Origin: Desulfarculaceae bacterium
GTDB taxonomy: Bacteria; Desulfobacterota; Desulfarculia; Desulfarculales; Desulfarculaceae
Assembly: GCA_050116255.1 (NCBI GenBank)
Contig: JASFOZ010000001.1
Coordinates: 1 to 43,167, forward strand
Reading direction: 5' to 3'
Length of the DNA: 43,167 bases
In this document: positions 11,366 through 20,217 of the stretch, piece by piece
Position numbering within the stretch: the stretch's first letter is position 1
How the letters are laid out: each line of letters opens with the position of its first letter
Notes under the pieces: model-generated
Databases searched by the model: none
Seen by the model: the letters and a program-made list of their open reading frames with translations, nothing else
What the model was told of the DNA's origin: nothing
Translations under genes and position numbers: made by a program

Positions 11366-12589
11366 ATGAAAGAGGAGCGGATCGAGGAGAACCCTCAAAA
11401 CATCACTGAAGCTGAGATGGTTGTTGCCATTCCCTCCTACCGGGAGGCCGAGTTAATAGCTTATCCAGCCACCCAAGCCGCCCAAGGGCTGAAGCGTTAC
11501 TTTGGCGACAAAAAGTGTGTGTTGATCAACTGCGACAACAATTCCGATGACGGAACCAAGGAAGCCTTTTTCGCGGCTGATACCGAGGACGTCCCTCAAA
11601 TATACATCTCCACGCCCCCAGGGGTGCGTGGTAAGGGGAACAACTTCAGGAACCTGTTTAGCAAGGTCTTGGAGTTGAAGGCCGCGGCGGTGGTGGTGGT
11701 GGATGCGGACCTTAAATCCATTACACCCCAGTGGATCAGGCATCTGGGCGAGCCCCTGTTTAATGATTTCGGTTACGTGGCTCCGCTTTACGTGCGGCAT
11801 AAATACGACGGCACCATAACCAATTCCATTGCCTATCCCATTACCCGGGCCTTATATGGCCGCCGGGTGCGCCAGCCCATAGGCGGGGATTTCGGCTTCT
11901 CCGGAGACCTGGCCCGCATCTACCTTTCCAGCCCCACCTGGACCGAGGCGGTGAGCCAGTTTGGCATCGATATCTGGATGACCACCTTGGCCATGAACAA
12001 CAACATTCCCATCTGTCAGGCGTTCATGGGCCGCCCCAAAATACACAAACCCAAGGACCCGGGCGCAGACCTAGGGCCCATGTTCGCCCAGGTGGTGGGA
12101 ACCATCATGGACCTGATGATCCACAGCACCGGTTACTGGATGCGGGTGAAGTGGTCCAAGCCCACATCCATATACGGGTTCGGCCTGGGTGAGGTGGAGA
12201 TGCCACCGCCGGTGAAGGTCAGTGAGGAAAAGCTTGCTCAGAACTTCAGCGGGGGTTTCGGCAAATACCTTGAGATATGGAAACAGGTGTTATCTCCGGA
12301 TAATATGAACAAAGTTGAGGAAATCGGCGATCTGCCTTCAGAGCAGTTTGATTTCCCCACCCAGCTTTGGGCCAAGCTTTTATTTGACTTCACGGTGGCT
12401 TTTAAAGATGAGGTTGTAGAGCGCCAGGAGCTGTTGGCGTCTTTGATTCCGTTATATTTTGGGAAAACCCTATCCTTTGTGCGCAAGACCTCACGAATGA
12501 GCGTGCAACAGGCTGAAGAATTCATCGAAAATGAGGCTATGGTGTTCGAAGAAACCAAGCCTTACCTCCTTGAAGCCTGGGGTGCTTGA
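11366..12589 (+). CDS. GT-A fold glycosyltransferase, mannosylglycerate/glucosylglycerate-synthase-like
   Basis: 407 aa. INCDNNSDDGT, GKGNNFRN and DxD in VVVDADLKSITPQWI, then YVRHKYDGTITN, QPIGGDFGFSG and FGIDIWMT. Block order matches my recollection of GT78/GT81-type compatible-solute synthases. The family assignment is not verified by search. Confidence 0.75.
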   Translation: MKEERIEENPQNITEAEMVVAIPSYREAELIAYPATQAAQGLKRYFGDKKCVLINCDNNSDDGTKEAFFAADTEDVPQIYISTPPGVRGKGNNFRNLFSKVLELKAAAVVVVDADLKSITPQWIRHLGEPLFNDFGYVAPLYVRHKYDGTITNSIAYPITRALYGRRVRQPIGGDFGFSGDLARIYLSSPTWTEAVSQFGIDIWMTTLAMNNNIPICQAFMGRPKIHKPKDPGADLGPMFAQVVGTIMDLMIHSTGYWMRVKWSKPTSIYGFGLGEVEMPPPVKVSEEKLAQNFSGGFGKYLEIWKQVLSPDNMNKVEEIGDLPSEQFDFPTQLWAKLLFDFTVAFKDEVVERQELLASLIPLYFGKTLSFVRKTSRMSVQQAEEFIENEAMVFEETKPYLLEAWGA

Positions 12590-12611
12590 GTACCCCTGGA
12601 AGAGGTGTGAC

Positions 12612-12989
12612 ATGCCTAAGATTCTGATTGTCGACGACGAGGAGCACATCCGGTTTCTATATTCCGAAGAGTTGGCCGACGAGGGTTATGAAGTGGCCAC
12701 TGCTGACAGCGGTTACCAGCTCTTGGAAAGGATCGAGGAGGAAAAGCCGGATCTGGTTATTCTGGATATAAAAATGGTGGATTACAATGGGCTGGATCTT
12801 CTGCAGGACATCCGCAACAAATACTATGACCTGCCCGTTATTCTTTGCACCGCCTACGATACCTTTAAGGAGGACATGAAGTCCATTGCCGCTGATTTTT
12901 ACGTTATCAAGTCCTTTGATCTGACCGAGCTTAAAAACAAAATCAAGATGGCCCTGGAGGCCAAGCTGCCTGCGGACAAAACCTCCTAA
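12612..12989 (+). CDS. stand-alone response regulator receiver domain (CheY-like)
   Basis: 125 aa. ILIVDDEE, phospho-acceptor in LVILDIKM, LCTAYD, VIKSF. No output domain. ATG 12612 is 22 nt after the glycosyltransferase stop. Confidence 0.85.
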   Translation: MPKILIVDDEEHIRFLYSEELADEGYEVATADSGYQLLERIEEEKPDLVILDIKMVDYNGLDLLQDIRNKYYDLPVILCTAYDTFKEDMKSIAADFYVIKSFDLTELKNKIKMALEAKLPADKTS

Positions 12990-13189
12990 CCATCTGCCCG
13001 CCACTCAATCATTCCAAGGCCCAGTGGCGAGGTCTAGGCCTACAGTTTTTATCAAGCGGGGCCGATCATGCCGTAGGCCGGGGATTGCACAATTTTTCCC
13101 GAAAAAGCTGAGAACAAGTGTGAATGATATACACTCCGGGCAGCGGAGAACCCGGGCGATGCCCGGAGCGGGTCTATAGGGGCCGCCCT

Positions 13190-13936
13190 CTAGGCCCCAA
13201 AATAGGCCTCTTCCAATTCAGGGTCAGCCAGGAGCGCGCTGCCAGATCCCTTTTTGATTAGGCGGCCGTTTTCCAAAAGGCAGGCCCGGTCGATGACCGG
13301 CAGCAGGGGCCGGGCGTATTGCTCGGACACGATTACGGCCATATTCCCATGGCGGCTGAGGGACTGGATGGTATGAGCCAGGCGCTGCTGTATGCGGGGG
13401 CTCAGCCCCAGAAGGGGTTCGTCCAAAAGCAGGACCTTGGGCCCGGCCATTAGGGCCCGGGCCATGGCCAGCATCTGTTGCTCTCCCCCGGACAGGAACC
13501 CGCCCAGGCGATTGCGCAATTTTTCCAGCTCCGGGAAGAGGCGAAGTACCTGTTCCAGGTTTTGCCTGGCCTGCTGCCGGGAAACGGCATAAGCTCCCAC
13601 CTTGAGGTTTTCCAGCACCGTACACTCGCTAAAGATGCGCCGGCGCTCAGGGCAGAGAATAAGCCCGGCCCGGGCGCGCTCTGCCGGCGGCAGGAGGCTC
13701 AGCTCCCGCCCCTGAAGCAAGACCTTACCCTTAACCCGGGTTCCTTCTCTGCCGGCCAGCTGCTCTTTCTGGCTCAGGTCCTGAAGCAGACCGGCCAGGG
13801 CGTTCATCAAGGTGGATTTGCCCGCACCGCAGGGCCCGAACACGCCCAGCACCTGCCCGGCCTTCACCTCCAGGCTCACGCCGTTTAGGGCGGTAAAGGC
13901 CCCGTACCTGACCCTGATCTCCGAGGCTTCAAACAT
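13190..13936 (-). CDS. livF: branched-chain amino acid-type ABC transporter ATP-binding protein (LivF-like)
   Basis: Walker A GPCGAGKST, signature LSGGEQQMLA, Walker B LLLDEP. Start at Met7 of the track ORF. Confidence 0.85.
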   Translation of the reverse strand: MFEASEIRVRYGAFTALNGVSLEVKAGQVLGVFGPCGAGKSTLMNALAGLLQDLSQKEQLAGREGTRVKGKVLLQGRELSLLPPAERARAGLILCPERRRIFSECTVLENLKVGAYAVSRQQARQNLEQVLRLFPELEKLRNRLGGFLSGGEQQMLAMARALMAGPKVLLLDEPLLGLSPRIQQRLAHTIQSLSRHGNMAVIVSEQYARPLLPVIDRACLLENGRLIKKGSGSALLADPELEEAYFGA

Positions 13937-14693
13937 GGTCTTCCTGCGCCACACTCCCCAGATAGGCTTCCTTAACCAGATGGTTGGCCTTTACTGCCTG
14001 GGGTGATCCTTGGGAGATCACCCGGCCGAAATGGAGCACCAGCACCTCATCCGCCACCTGGAACAGGGTCTTGATCCGGTGTTCGGCCAATACCAGGGCA
14101 AGCCCCCGGCCTTTCAGATCCTGGAGCAGGGGAATAAGCAGGGAGGCCTCCTGGGGGCTGAGGCCGGAGAACAGCTCGTCACAGAAGATAACCTTGGGCT
14201 CAAGGGCCAGGCAGCGGGCCAGTTCCAGCTTCTTTAACTGCACCAGGGAAAGGGCGCTGCTGGGCTGGTTCAAAAGGCTCGGACTGGAGTCGAGGCCGAC
14301 CTGACGGAAAAGCTCTCCCAGGGGATCGGAAAAGGGGTCTTTGTTTTGGCTGCGGCGGCGGGACCGGGCTGAGCAGAGGGGCACCACCAGGCTTTGCCAG
14401 GCATTGAGGCTGGCCAGGGGGCGCGGGGTCTGGAAGGTGCGGACCAGGCCCAAACCCGCCACTTTGTGGGCAGGCAGCCGGGTGATCTCCCGGCCTTGGA
14501 ACCAGACCCGGCCTTCATCGGCCCGCTCGAAGCCGGTGACCAGGTTGAACAAGGTGGTTTTGCCGGAGCCGTTGGGCCCGATGACCCCCAATGCCTGTCC
14601 TGGCTTCAGATCAAAGCTCACTCCCTGGAGGGCCTGGAGACCCCCATAGGCCTTGCCCAGGTTTTCCAGGTGCAGTATGGCCTGAGGGCTCAT
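13929..14693 (-). CDS. livG: branched-chain amino acid-type ABC transporter ATP-binding protein (LivG-like)
   Basis: Walker A GPNGSGKTT, Walker B VIFCDE. Start moved to Met88 (MSPQAILHLENLGKAYGG), which makes an ATGA overlap with the upstream permease stop. It overlaps livF by 8 nt. Confidence 0.85.
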   Translation of the reverse strand: MSPQAILHLENLGKAYGGLQALQGVSFDLKPGQALGVIGPNGSGKTTLFNLVTGFERADEGRVWFQGREITRLPAHKVAGLGLVRTFQTPRPLASLNAWQSLVVPLCSARSRRRSQNKDPFSDPLGELFRQVGLDSSPSLLNQPSSALSLVQLKKLELARCLALEPKVIFCDELFSGLSPQEASLLIPLLQDLKGRGLALVLAEHRIKTLFQVADEVLVLHFGRVISQGSPQAVKANHLVKEAYLGSVAQEDHV

Positions 14694-15670
14694 GGCCTTG
14701 CCTGCCCAAGACAGCGGGAGCAGATCCGGCGCAGATAGACCCACAGCCCTTGGCTGCGCCAGATGATGAGGGTCATCAGGATCAAGGCGTAAACCACCAC
14801 CCGCAGGGTGCCGAAGTCGCGCAGCAGTTCGGAGAGGGGCACCAAAATGAAGCAGCCCAGCACGGCTCCAATCAAGGTGCCCGCCCCGCCCACCAGCACC
14901 GCCGCAATGGGTATAATCGAGAAATCCAGGGCGAACTGGGAAACCCCCGCCCATTGGTATAAGTGGCTGAGGAAGGCGCCGCCCAGGCTGCCCATGGCGG
15001 CGGCAAGGAACAGGGCCAGCGCCTTGAACCTGGTGGGGTTAAGGGCGGAGGCCCTTAGCGAAGGCTCATCGTCTTTTATGGCCCTGAGCACCAGCCCCCA
15101 CTGGGAACCGGCCAAACGCTTGAGCAGATATAGGGCGGCGATAAGACAGATGAGGAGGCCGTATTGCTCACCCCAGGCGCTGGCAAGTCCCTGCACGCCC
15201 ATGAAGCCCTCGCTGCCGCCGAACCAATCCAGGGCCTCGATCAGGCGCGCCATGAGCAAAGGGTACATAAGCGTGGCTATGGCAAAATAGACCCCCTTGA
15301 GGGGGAGGCAGGGCAAAAGCAGCACCGTGCAAAACAAAGCGCCCAGGATGGTGGCCAGGCCGATGCTCAGCCAGGGGGGCAGGCCCAGGTGCAGGTTCAG
15401 CAGGGCGGCGCCATAGCCGCCCACCCCTACGAAAAAGGCGCCCCCCAGGGAAACCAGTCCGGTCAGGTTGGCCAAAAGATCAAAGCCCAAGGCCAGCAGG
15501 GCGTAGATGCATACCATGCTGAGCACCCGCTGCCAGTATGGGCTGGATTGAAACAGCACCGGCAATAGGAGCAGGCCGGCGCTCAAGAAAAGGGGCAACA
15601 CCCTGAGCCGATTATCCCTTGGTTGAGGCAACAGGCCGCTGCTGGTCCAATGCAACCTGGTGATCTGCAT
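14690..15670 (-). CDS. livM: branched-chain amino acid ABC transporter permease (LivM-like)
   Basis: 326-aa polytopic membrane protein. Its position and hydrophobic pattern match a LivM-type permease within the LIV operon. Confidence 0.85.
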   Translation of the reverse strand: MQITRLHWTSSGLLPQPRDNRLRVLPLFLSAGLLLLPVLFQSSPYWQRVLSMVCIYALLALGFDLLANLTGLVSLGGAFFVGVGGYGAALLNLHLGLPPWLSIGLATILGALFCTVLLLPCLPLKGVYFAIATLMYPLLMARLIEALDWFGGSEGFMGVQGLASAWGEQYGLLICLIAALYLLKRLAGSQWGLVLRAIKDDEPSLRASALNPTRFKALALFLAAAMGSLGGAFLSHLYQWAGVSQFALDFSIIPIAAVLVGGAGTLIGAVLGCFILVPLSELLRDFGTLRVVVYALILMTLIIWRSQGLWVYLRRICSRCLGQARP

Positions 15671-15672
15671 CT

Positions 15673-16539
15673 CTACACCCTCTCAGCCAGCTCTTTTTGG
15701 CGTCCCCTCAGTCCCGAGGGCCTGAGCACCAAGGTGAGGATGATGGCGGCCAGGGCGATCACCATCTGAAAATGGGAGCCCAGCCAGGCAGTGGTCAGAG
15801 TCTGGGCAAAGCCGATAAGGGCCGCAGCCATAAGGGCGCCGCCCACTGAGCCCAGACCGCCCAAGATACAGACCGCCACCCCTAGAATCAGCACGGAATA
15901 GCCTTTTTCCACCACGATACTCCCCAAGGGAAGCAGCACCAACGCCGCCGCCCCGGCCAGCATCGCCCCCAGGGCCAAGGCAATGCGCCCCATGGCCCGG
16001 GGGTCGATGCCCAGGGTCTGGGCTGCGGACTCGTCCTGGGCCACGGCACGCAGGGCCAGGCCCAGGCGGGTATAGCGGGAGAAGATATGCAAGGCCGCCA
16101 CCAGCAAGAATCCGGCCCCCAACAACACCAGGCGCTGAAAGTCCACTACCACCCCGGCTATCTCCAGGCTCCCCTCGGCAAATGCGGGCAGGGTGAAGGT
16201 GGATCCCCTGACCCCGCCCCAGCGCAGGCCCTCCAAAAGGGCCAGGCCCAAGGCGTAGGAGGCCATGATCTCGGAGACAGCCATCCCCCTGATGCGGGCA
16301 AAGATAAACCGGTGCAGGCAGGCGCCGGCCAGGCCGATGAGGACAAGGGCCGCTGCCAGGGCAAGGGCATAGGGCAGCCCCAGCCAATGCAAGAGCAGCC
16401 AGGCCGCACAGCCGGTGAGGACATAGAGGGCGCCGTGGGCAAAGTTGGGCAGGCGGCAGATGCCGTAAACCAGGGTGAACCCCAAGGCCATTAAGGCCAA
16501 AGAGGCCGAATTGATCAGGCCGTAGATTAATATCTCCAT
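15673..16539 (-). CDS. livH: branched-chain amino acid ABC transporter permease (LivH-like)
   Basis: 288-aa polytopic membrane protein starting MEILIYGLINSASLALMALGFTLVYG, the typical LivH N-terminus. Confidence 0.9.
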   Translation of the reverse strand: MEILIYGLINSASLALMALGFTLVYGICRLPNFAHGALYVLTGCAAWLLLHWLGLPYALALAAALVLIGLAGACLHRFIFARIRGMAVSEIMASYALGLALLEGLRWGGVRGSTFTLPAFAEGSLEIAGVVVDFQRLVLLGAGFLLVAALHIFSRYTRLGLALRAVAQDESAAQTLGIDPRAMGRIALALGAMLAGAAALVLLPLGSIVVEKGYSVLILGVAVCILGGLGSVGGALMAAALIGFAQTLTTAWLGSHFQMVIALAAIILTLVLRPSGLRGRQKELAERV

Positions 16540-16560
16540 GGCAGGATCAAAAGGCCGGGC

Positions 16561-17826
16561 CTATTTCACCCCAGGCGGCAGAAGTATCTCGCTGTTGGCC
16601 AGGGTGGAGGGAAACACCGGCACCCGCCTGCCTTTCTGCCACTGGAATATAGTGCCCACCGCCCCTTCCTTGGGGTCCAGGCTGGGAATCACCTGGTGGG
16701 ACTTGGGGTCGAACCGGATGCGGCCATAGACGCCCATCAGGTCGGTTTTCTCAAGGGCGGAAAGAACCTTGTCCGTATCCAGCGATCCCGCCCTCTCGAT
16801 GGCGTCCTTAAGGGTGTAAACCGCCATGTAACTGGACGAGGTTCCGTAACCTTCAGGCTCCAGCTGATAGCGTTTCTTATAGGCGTTTACAAACTTCATG
16901 GTCCAGGGCGTGGCCTCAGAGGGGGAGTTGCCCGCGTTGACCACGTTGCCCAATGTGTACTCGCCCTTGCCCTGGGTAGCCTTCCAGAATCCCGGTTGTT
17001 CCGCGGCCGAGATTATGGAGCCGAAGGGCAATGCCGGCACTTTGAGGTCGTGCCACTGCTTGATCAAGATGGCGGCCTCGGGCATGTCCATCCAGATGAG
17101 GATGATCTGGGCCTTGAGCTTCTTGGCCTGATGCAGGCCCAGGGAAAAGTCGCTGCTGCCGGTGGGGTACAGCCGGGGCTCGGCCACGACATTCCATCCC
17201 TTTTGGCGCATGATTTTGGCGATGAGCTTGCCGCCGGCGCGGCCGTGGGCCACGTCCTGGGCCATGATGAAAAGGCGGTTTAAGCCGTGCTGTTTTTGCA
17301 GCCTCAAAAGGCAAGGCACTATCTCCCCTTTTACCATCCAGCCCACTTCGCCGGATATGCGGAAGCAATACTTGAATCTGGGGGTTTCGGCGACCAGGCG
17401 ATGATAGCGCGGGGAGAGGGAGCCGGTGGACAAGATGGAGATCTTTTTCTGTTTGGCCAAAAGGTTCATGGCCACCAGGGCCGCCTCAGAGCGGGCCGGA
17501 CCCCCCAGGATGAAGTCAGCTTTCTTTTCTAGGATCAGCCTCTCCAGGGCAAGCAGGGCCTGGCTGACCGGGACTCCGGGCTCCAGATCACGGGTATCGA
17601 TGACCTCCACGGCAAAGGGCCGCAGGCGGCCTTCCACCTTCACTCCCCCGGCGGCGTTGACCTCCTCCACGGCCAGCTTGATGGCCCTTTCCGCCAGCCA
17701 GCCGGTTACATGGGAGCGGGGCAGGGGACAACCCAGCAGCACCGGCTTGCTGGCCTCTGCCGCAGCCGGCAGGGCCAATGAAGCCAAGACTACTGCCAGG
17801 AATAATGTCGCTAGCAAATTTCTCAT
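16561..17826 (-). CDS. ABC transporter substrate-binding protein (LivK / Peripla_BP_6 type)
   Basis: Signal peptide MRNLLATLFLAVVLASLALPAAAEA (start at Met13 of the track ORF) and a type-I periplasmic binding-protein layout. First gene of the LIV operon. Confidence 0.85.
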   Translation of the reverse strand: MRNLLATLFLAVVLASLALPAAAEASKPVLLGCPLPRSHVTGWLAERAIKLAVEEVNAAGGVKVEGRLRPFAVEVIDTRDLEPGVPVSQALLALERLILEKKADFILGGPARSEAALVAMNLLAKQKKISILSTGSLSPRYHRLVAETPRFKYCFRISGEVGWMVKGEIVPCLLRLQKQHGLNRLFIMAQDVAHGRAGGKLIAKIMRQKGWNVVAEPRLYPTGSSDFSLGLHQAKKLKAQIILIWMDMPEAAILIKQWHDLKVPALPFGSIISAAEQPGFWKATQGKGEYTLGNVVNAGNSPSEATPWTMKFVNAYKKRYQLEPEGYGTSSSYMAVYTLKDAIERAGSLDTDKVLSALEKTDLMGVYGRIRFDPKSHQVIPSLDPKEGAVGTIFQWQKGRRVPVFPSTLANSEILLPPGVK

Positions 17827-17948
17827 TTGCACTCCCTTGATGAATACTAGGTTGAATAACATTCATTACAGCCGCCGCACCATAGCACCGCCTCCAAGCC
17901 AATGCAACCGCTTTGGCCTCAGCACAGCTTGATTTAAGCCCGCCGTGG

Positions 17949-18503
17949 TCAGGGCTTGGCTTTGGCCTTGCTTTTGGGCTTTATTTTTGCCTTGGTTTTA
18001 ATGGGAGGTTTGTCACGGTGGGGAGTGACCCAGATGGTGGCCCTGGTGTAGATCCAGGACTCGATGATATGAATCACGCAGGTCTTTGCCGGTTTGCTGA
18101 AAAACAAGGCAGTGGCGGGATATCCAAAGGAAGCTACCATTTCCCAGCCGTCTTTTATCATGTTCAGGGAAAAGAATTCAGTTAGGCTTCTGGGCTCCAC
18201 TTGCCCGTCAAATACCATAAGGCCCACCTGGGTGGCATTCACATGAAAGATGGTGGTCTTGTCCTTGTTGAGGCGCAGCCCCGGCGGTATCAACACGTCT
18301 TTGAAATCCAGATAACGGCCCGGAGCCGGCACCGCCGGGCCGTGCAGATCCGTGACTCCCGGGCTGAGGGCCACCTGGCTGCCGCCGGAAGTGGCCGCTG
18401 AGGTGGCTACAGAGGAGGCGGTGGGGGCGGCTGCGGCTGCGCATCCGCAGATGCATAATAAACTCAGGGCCAGGGCCCAGTATTCCAAACGGTGTTTAGC
18501 CAT
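17949..18503 (-). CDS. hypothetical lipoprotein with Lys-rich C-terminal tail
   Basis: Lipobox LLCICGC followed by an Ala/Ser/Thr linker. C-terminus PPIKTKAKIKPKSKAKAKP. No family recognised. Confidence 0.6.
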   Translation of the reverse strand: MAKHRLEYWALALSLLCICGCAAAAAPTASSVATSAATSGGSQVALSPGVTDLHGPAVPAPGRYLDFKDVLIPPGLRLNKDKTTIFHVNATQVGLMVFDGQVEPRSLTEFFSLNMIKDGWEMVASFGYPATALFFSKPAKTCVIHIIESWIYTRATIWVTPHRDKPPIKTKAKIKPKSKAKAKP

Positions 18504-18606
18504 TTACGCGCCTTTTTTTTAAGCCTGGAGATTGTGTTTGTCTGTTTTACCCTCAGCGGAGTCTAGCATATACATCGGCGGCTTCCCCTTATTTGTTTCG
18601 CTGGTC

Positions 18607-19545
18607 TCAGGCAAAGAGCACCAGGGCCAAAGACAGGGAAATAAATGAAAGCAAGGTGGACATCACGATGGCGGCCGTGGCCAGATCCTGATCGCTTTTC
18701 AGTTGCGAGGAGAGAATGTAGGAAGCGGTGGAGGTGGGCAGCGCAAAATAAACCATGGCGGTCTGAAAAGGAAGGCCCCTCACCCCCAGCCCCCACAAGA
18801 ACACAAATCCCACTGCGGGTAAGATGAAAAGCTTGAAAAGGCAGGTGAGCAGAGAAAGCCTCATGTGCCCTTTAAGTTTGGCCAGTTGCAGGCCCCCTCC
18901 TATGGAGAGCAGGGCCATGGGCAGGGTGATGGAAGAGAGCAGGCTCAAGGTCTTGCCCGCGAAGACAGGCAGCCCCAGCCCTGCACTTCCATAGGCGATG
19001 CCGGCGGCGCAGGCCAGGATCAGGGGATTCAAAATGATTGCCTTGGTGACGAGCTTTATTTTTTGGGCCAGGGGGATTTCGCTTTGCGAGAACCAGACCA
19101 AGGTTGCCACCGCCAGGAGATTTATCAGGGGAATGGCCAGGCTTATGATCATGCCGAAGCTGGCCGCCCCGGGCTCGCCAAAGGTGCCGATCACCACCGC
19201 CATGCCCACATAGGTGTTGAAGCGATAGCTGACCTGGGAAAAAGTTCCAGCCTGAAAGGCCGGGATTTTGGCCAGGCGGATATAGACAAGCGTTGCCGCC
19301 CATACGGTCACCACGGCTGCGAGCACGCCGGTGAGTTGTTGCCAGGTGTAGAAATCCGCCAGCTGCGAGGGCAGGGAGAAGGCCTGACTTATCTTCCAGA
19401 AAAGCAGGGCGGGAAAGAAGATGAAATAGACCAGCCGGTCCGAGGCCTTATAAAAGGCTTCGCTGGCCAGGCCCCAGCGAGACAGGGCCTGGCCCAGGGC
19501 GATCAGCAGGAACACGGGCAGAACGTTGTCCAAAATGTGATTCAA
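18607..19545 (-). CDS. AEC (auxin efflux carrier) family transporter
   Basis: 312-aa polytopic protein starting MNHILDNVLPVFLLIALGQ, the typical AEC N-terminus. TTG start with GGAGG 7 nt upstream. Confidence 0.85.
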   Translation of the reverse strand: MNHILDNVLPVFLLIALGQALSRWGLASEAFYKASDRLVYFIFFPALLFWKISQAFSLPSQLADFYTWQQLTGVLAAVVTVWAATLVYIRLAKIPAFQAGTFSQVSYRFNTYVGMAVVIGTFGEPGAASFGMIISLAIPLINLLAVATLVWFSQSEIPLAQKIKLVTKAIILNPLILACAAGIAYGSAGLGLPVFAGKTLSLLSSITLPMALLSIGGGLQLAKLKGHMRLSLLTCLFKLFILPAVGFVFLWGLGVRGLPFQTAMVYFALPTSTASYILSSQLKSDQDLATAAIVMSTLLSFISLSLALVLFA

Positions 19546-19854
19546 GAAACCGCCTCCATCTCACAGGGGATGAATCTCATTACTTTAGCACAGGAAAAGG
19601 TCAGATTATGCCGGCCCGGCCCTTTTGGGCATTTTCAGCTATAATTAATAAAGGGAGTGAATATGCTTTGATTGGTTGTGGGCCTGATCCGTTGGATCAA
19701 GGATAAGAGAAAAGAAAAAGGCTTGAGGCATAACTCAGAGGCTAAAGAAGTCTGCCCTGAATCAAACTGGTCCTTCCTTCCCTGCAAAGCCAAAGAGGTA
19801 ACCAACCCGGAAAGGCCAAAAGCTAAACGCTAGTCCGCTTTCCAGCCCAGAAGG

Positions 19855-20214
19855 CTACAGTCCCAATTCTTTACGCAGCCAATTCTTAAGCGCTTCATCA
19901 AGGGGAATCTGGCCCCGGGGGTATTGTTCTCCTTCCTGGCTGGCAGCGCAGGCAGCCACCATATCCGGGGGTGCGGGGGCCTGGGCCAACTCCTCGCTTT
20001 GCACCAGACCCCGCCGGACCAGGAGCACCCGGTTGTTTCCCTGCCAGGTGGAGAGATAGAAATATACCACCTCGCCCAGGGAGCGGTGGCGCCAGTTGTC
20101 CTTGCTCTTGAGCTGAAAGGCCTCAAAGGCCTGGCGGGGAGTCATATCCCAGTCGATCTGACTGATCAGTTCTTTGTCTTTTTTAACTTCTTTCCATTCC
20201 AGCATGGCGAGCAT
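19855..20214 (-). CDS. hypothetical protein (119 aa, cytoplasmic)
   Basis: The ORF starts 3 nt after the stop of the upstream phytase-like gene. No signal peptide and no recognised motif. Confidence 0.55.
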   Translation of the reverse strand: MLAMLEWKEVKKDKELISQIDWDMTPRQAFEAFQLKSKDNWRHRSLGEVVYFYLSTWQGNNRVLLVRRGLVQSEELAQAPAPPDMVAACAASQEGEQYPRGQIPLDEALKNWLRKELGL

Positions 20215-20217
20215 CCT

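Noticed and set aside
12990-13189. 200-bp convergent spacer with several GC-rich inverted repeats: GCCACT/AGTGGC, GGCCTAC/GTAGGCC, CTCCGGGC/GCCCGGAG.
   Set aside because: Most simply these are terminators or RNA-stabilising hairpins for the convergent response-regulator and livF transcripts. There is no repeat family and no ORF.
14694-14954. N-terminal extensions of track ORFs: livG-like 341 aa, comF 321 aa, HDAC 418 aa, TPR lipoprotein 390 aa, pdaD 209 aa, iscA-like 144 aa, rfaE2 218 aa.
   Set aside because: The extensions overlap upstream genes or are Pro/Gly/Arg-rich. Family-typical N-termini, SD sequences or ATGA overlaps occur at internal Met codons, so shorter starts were used.
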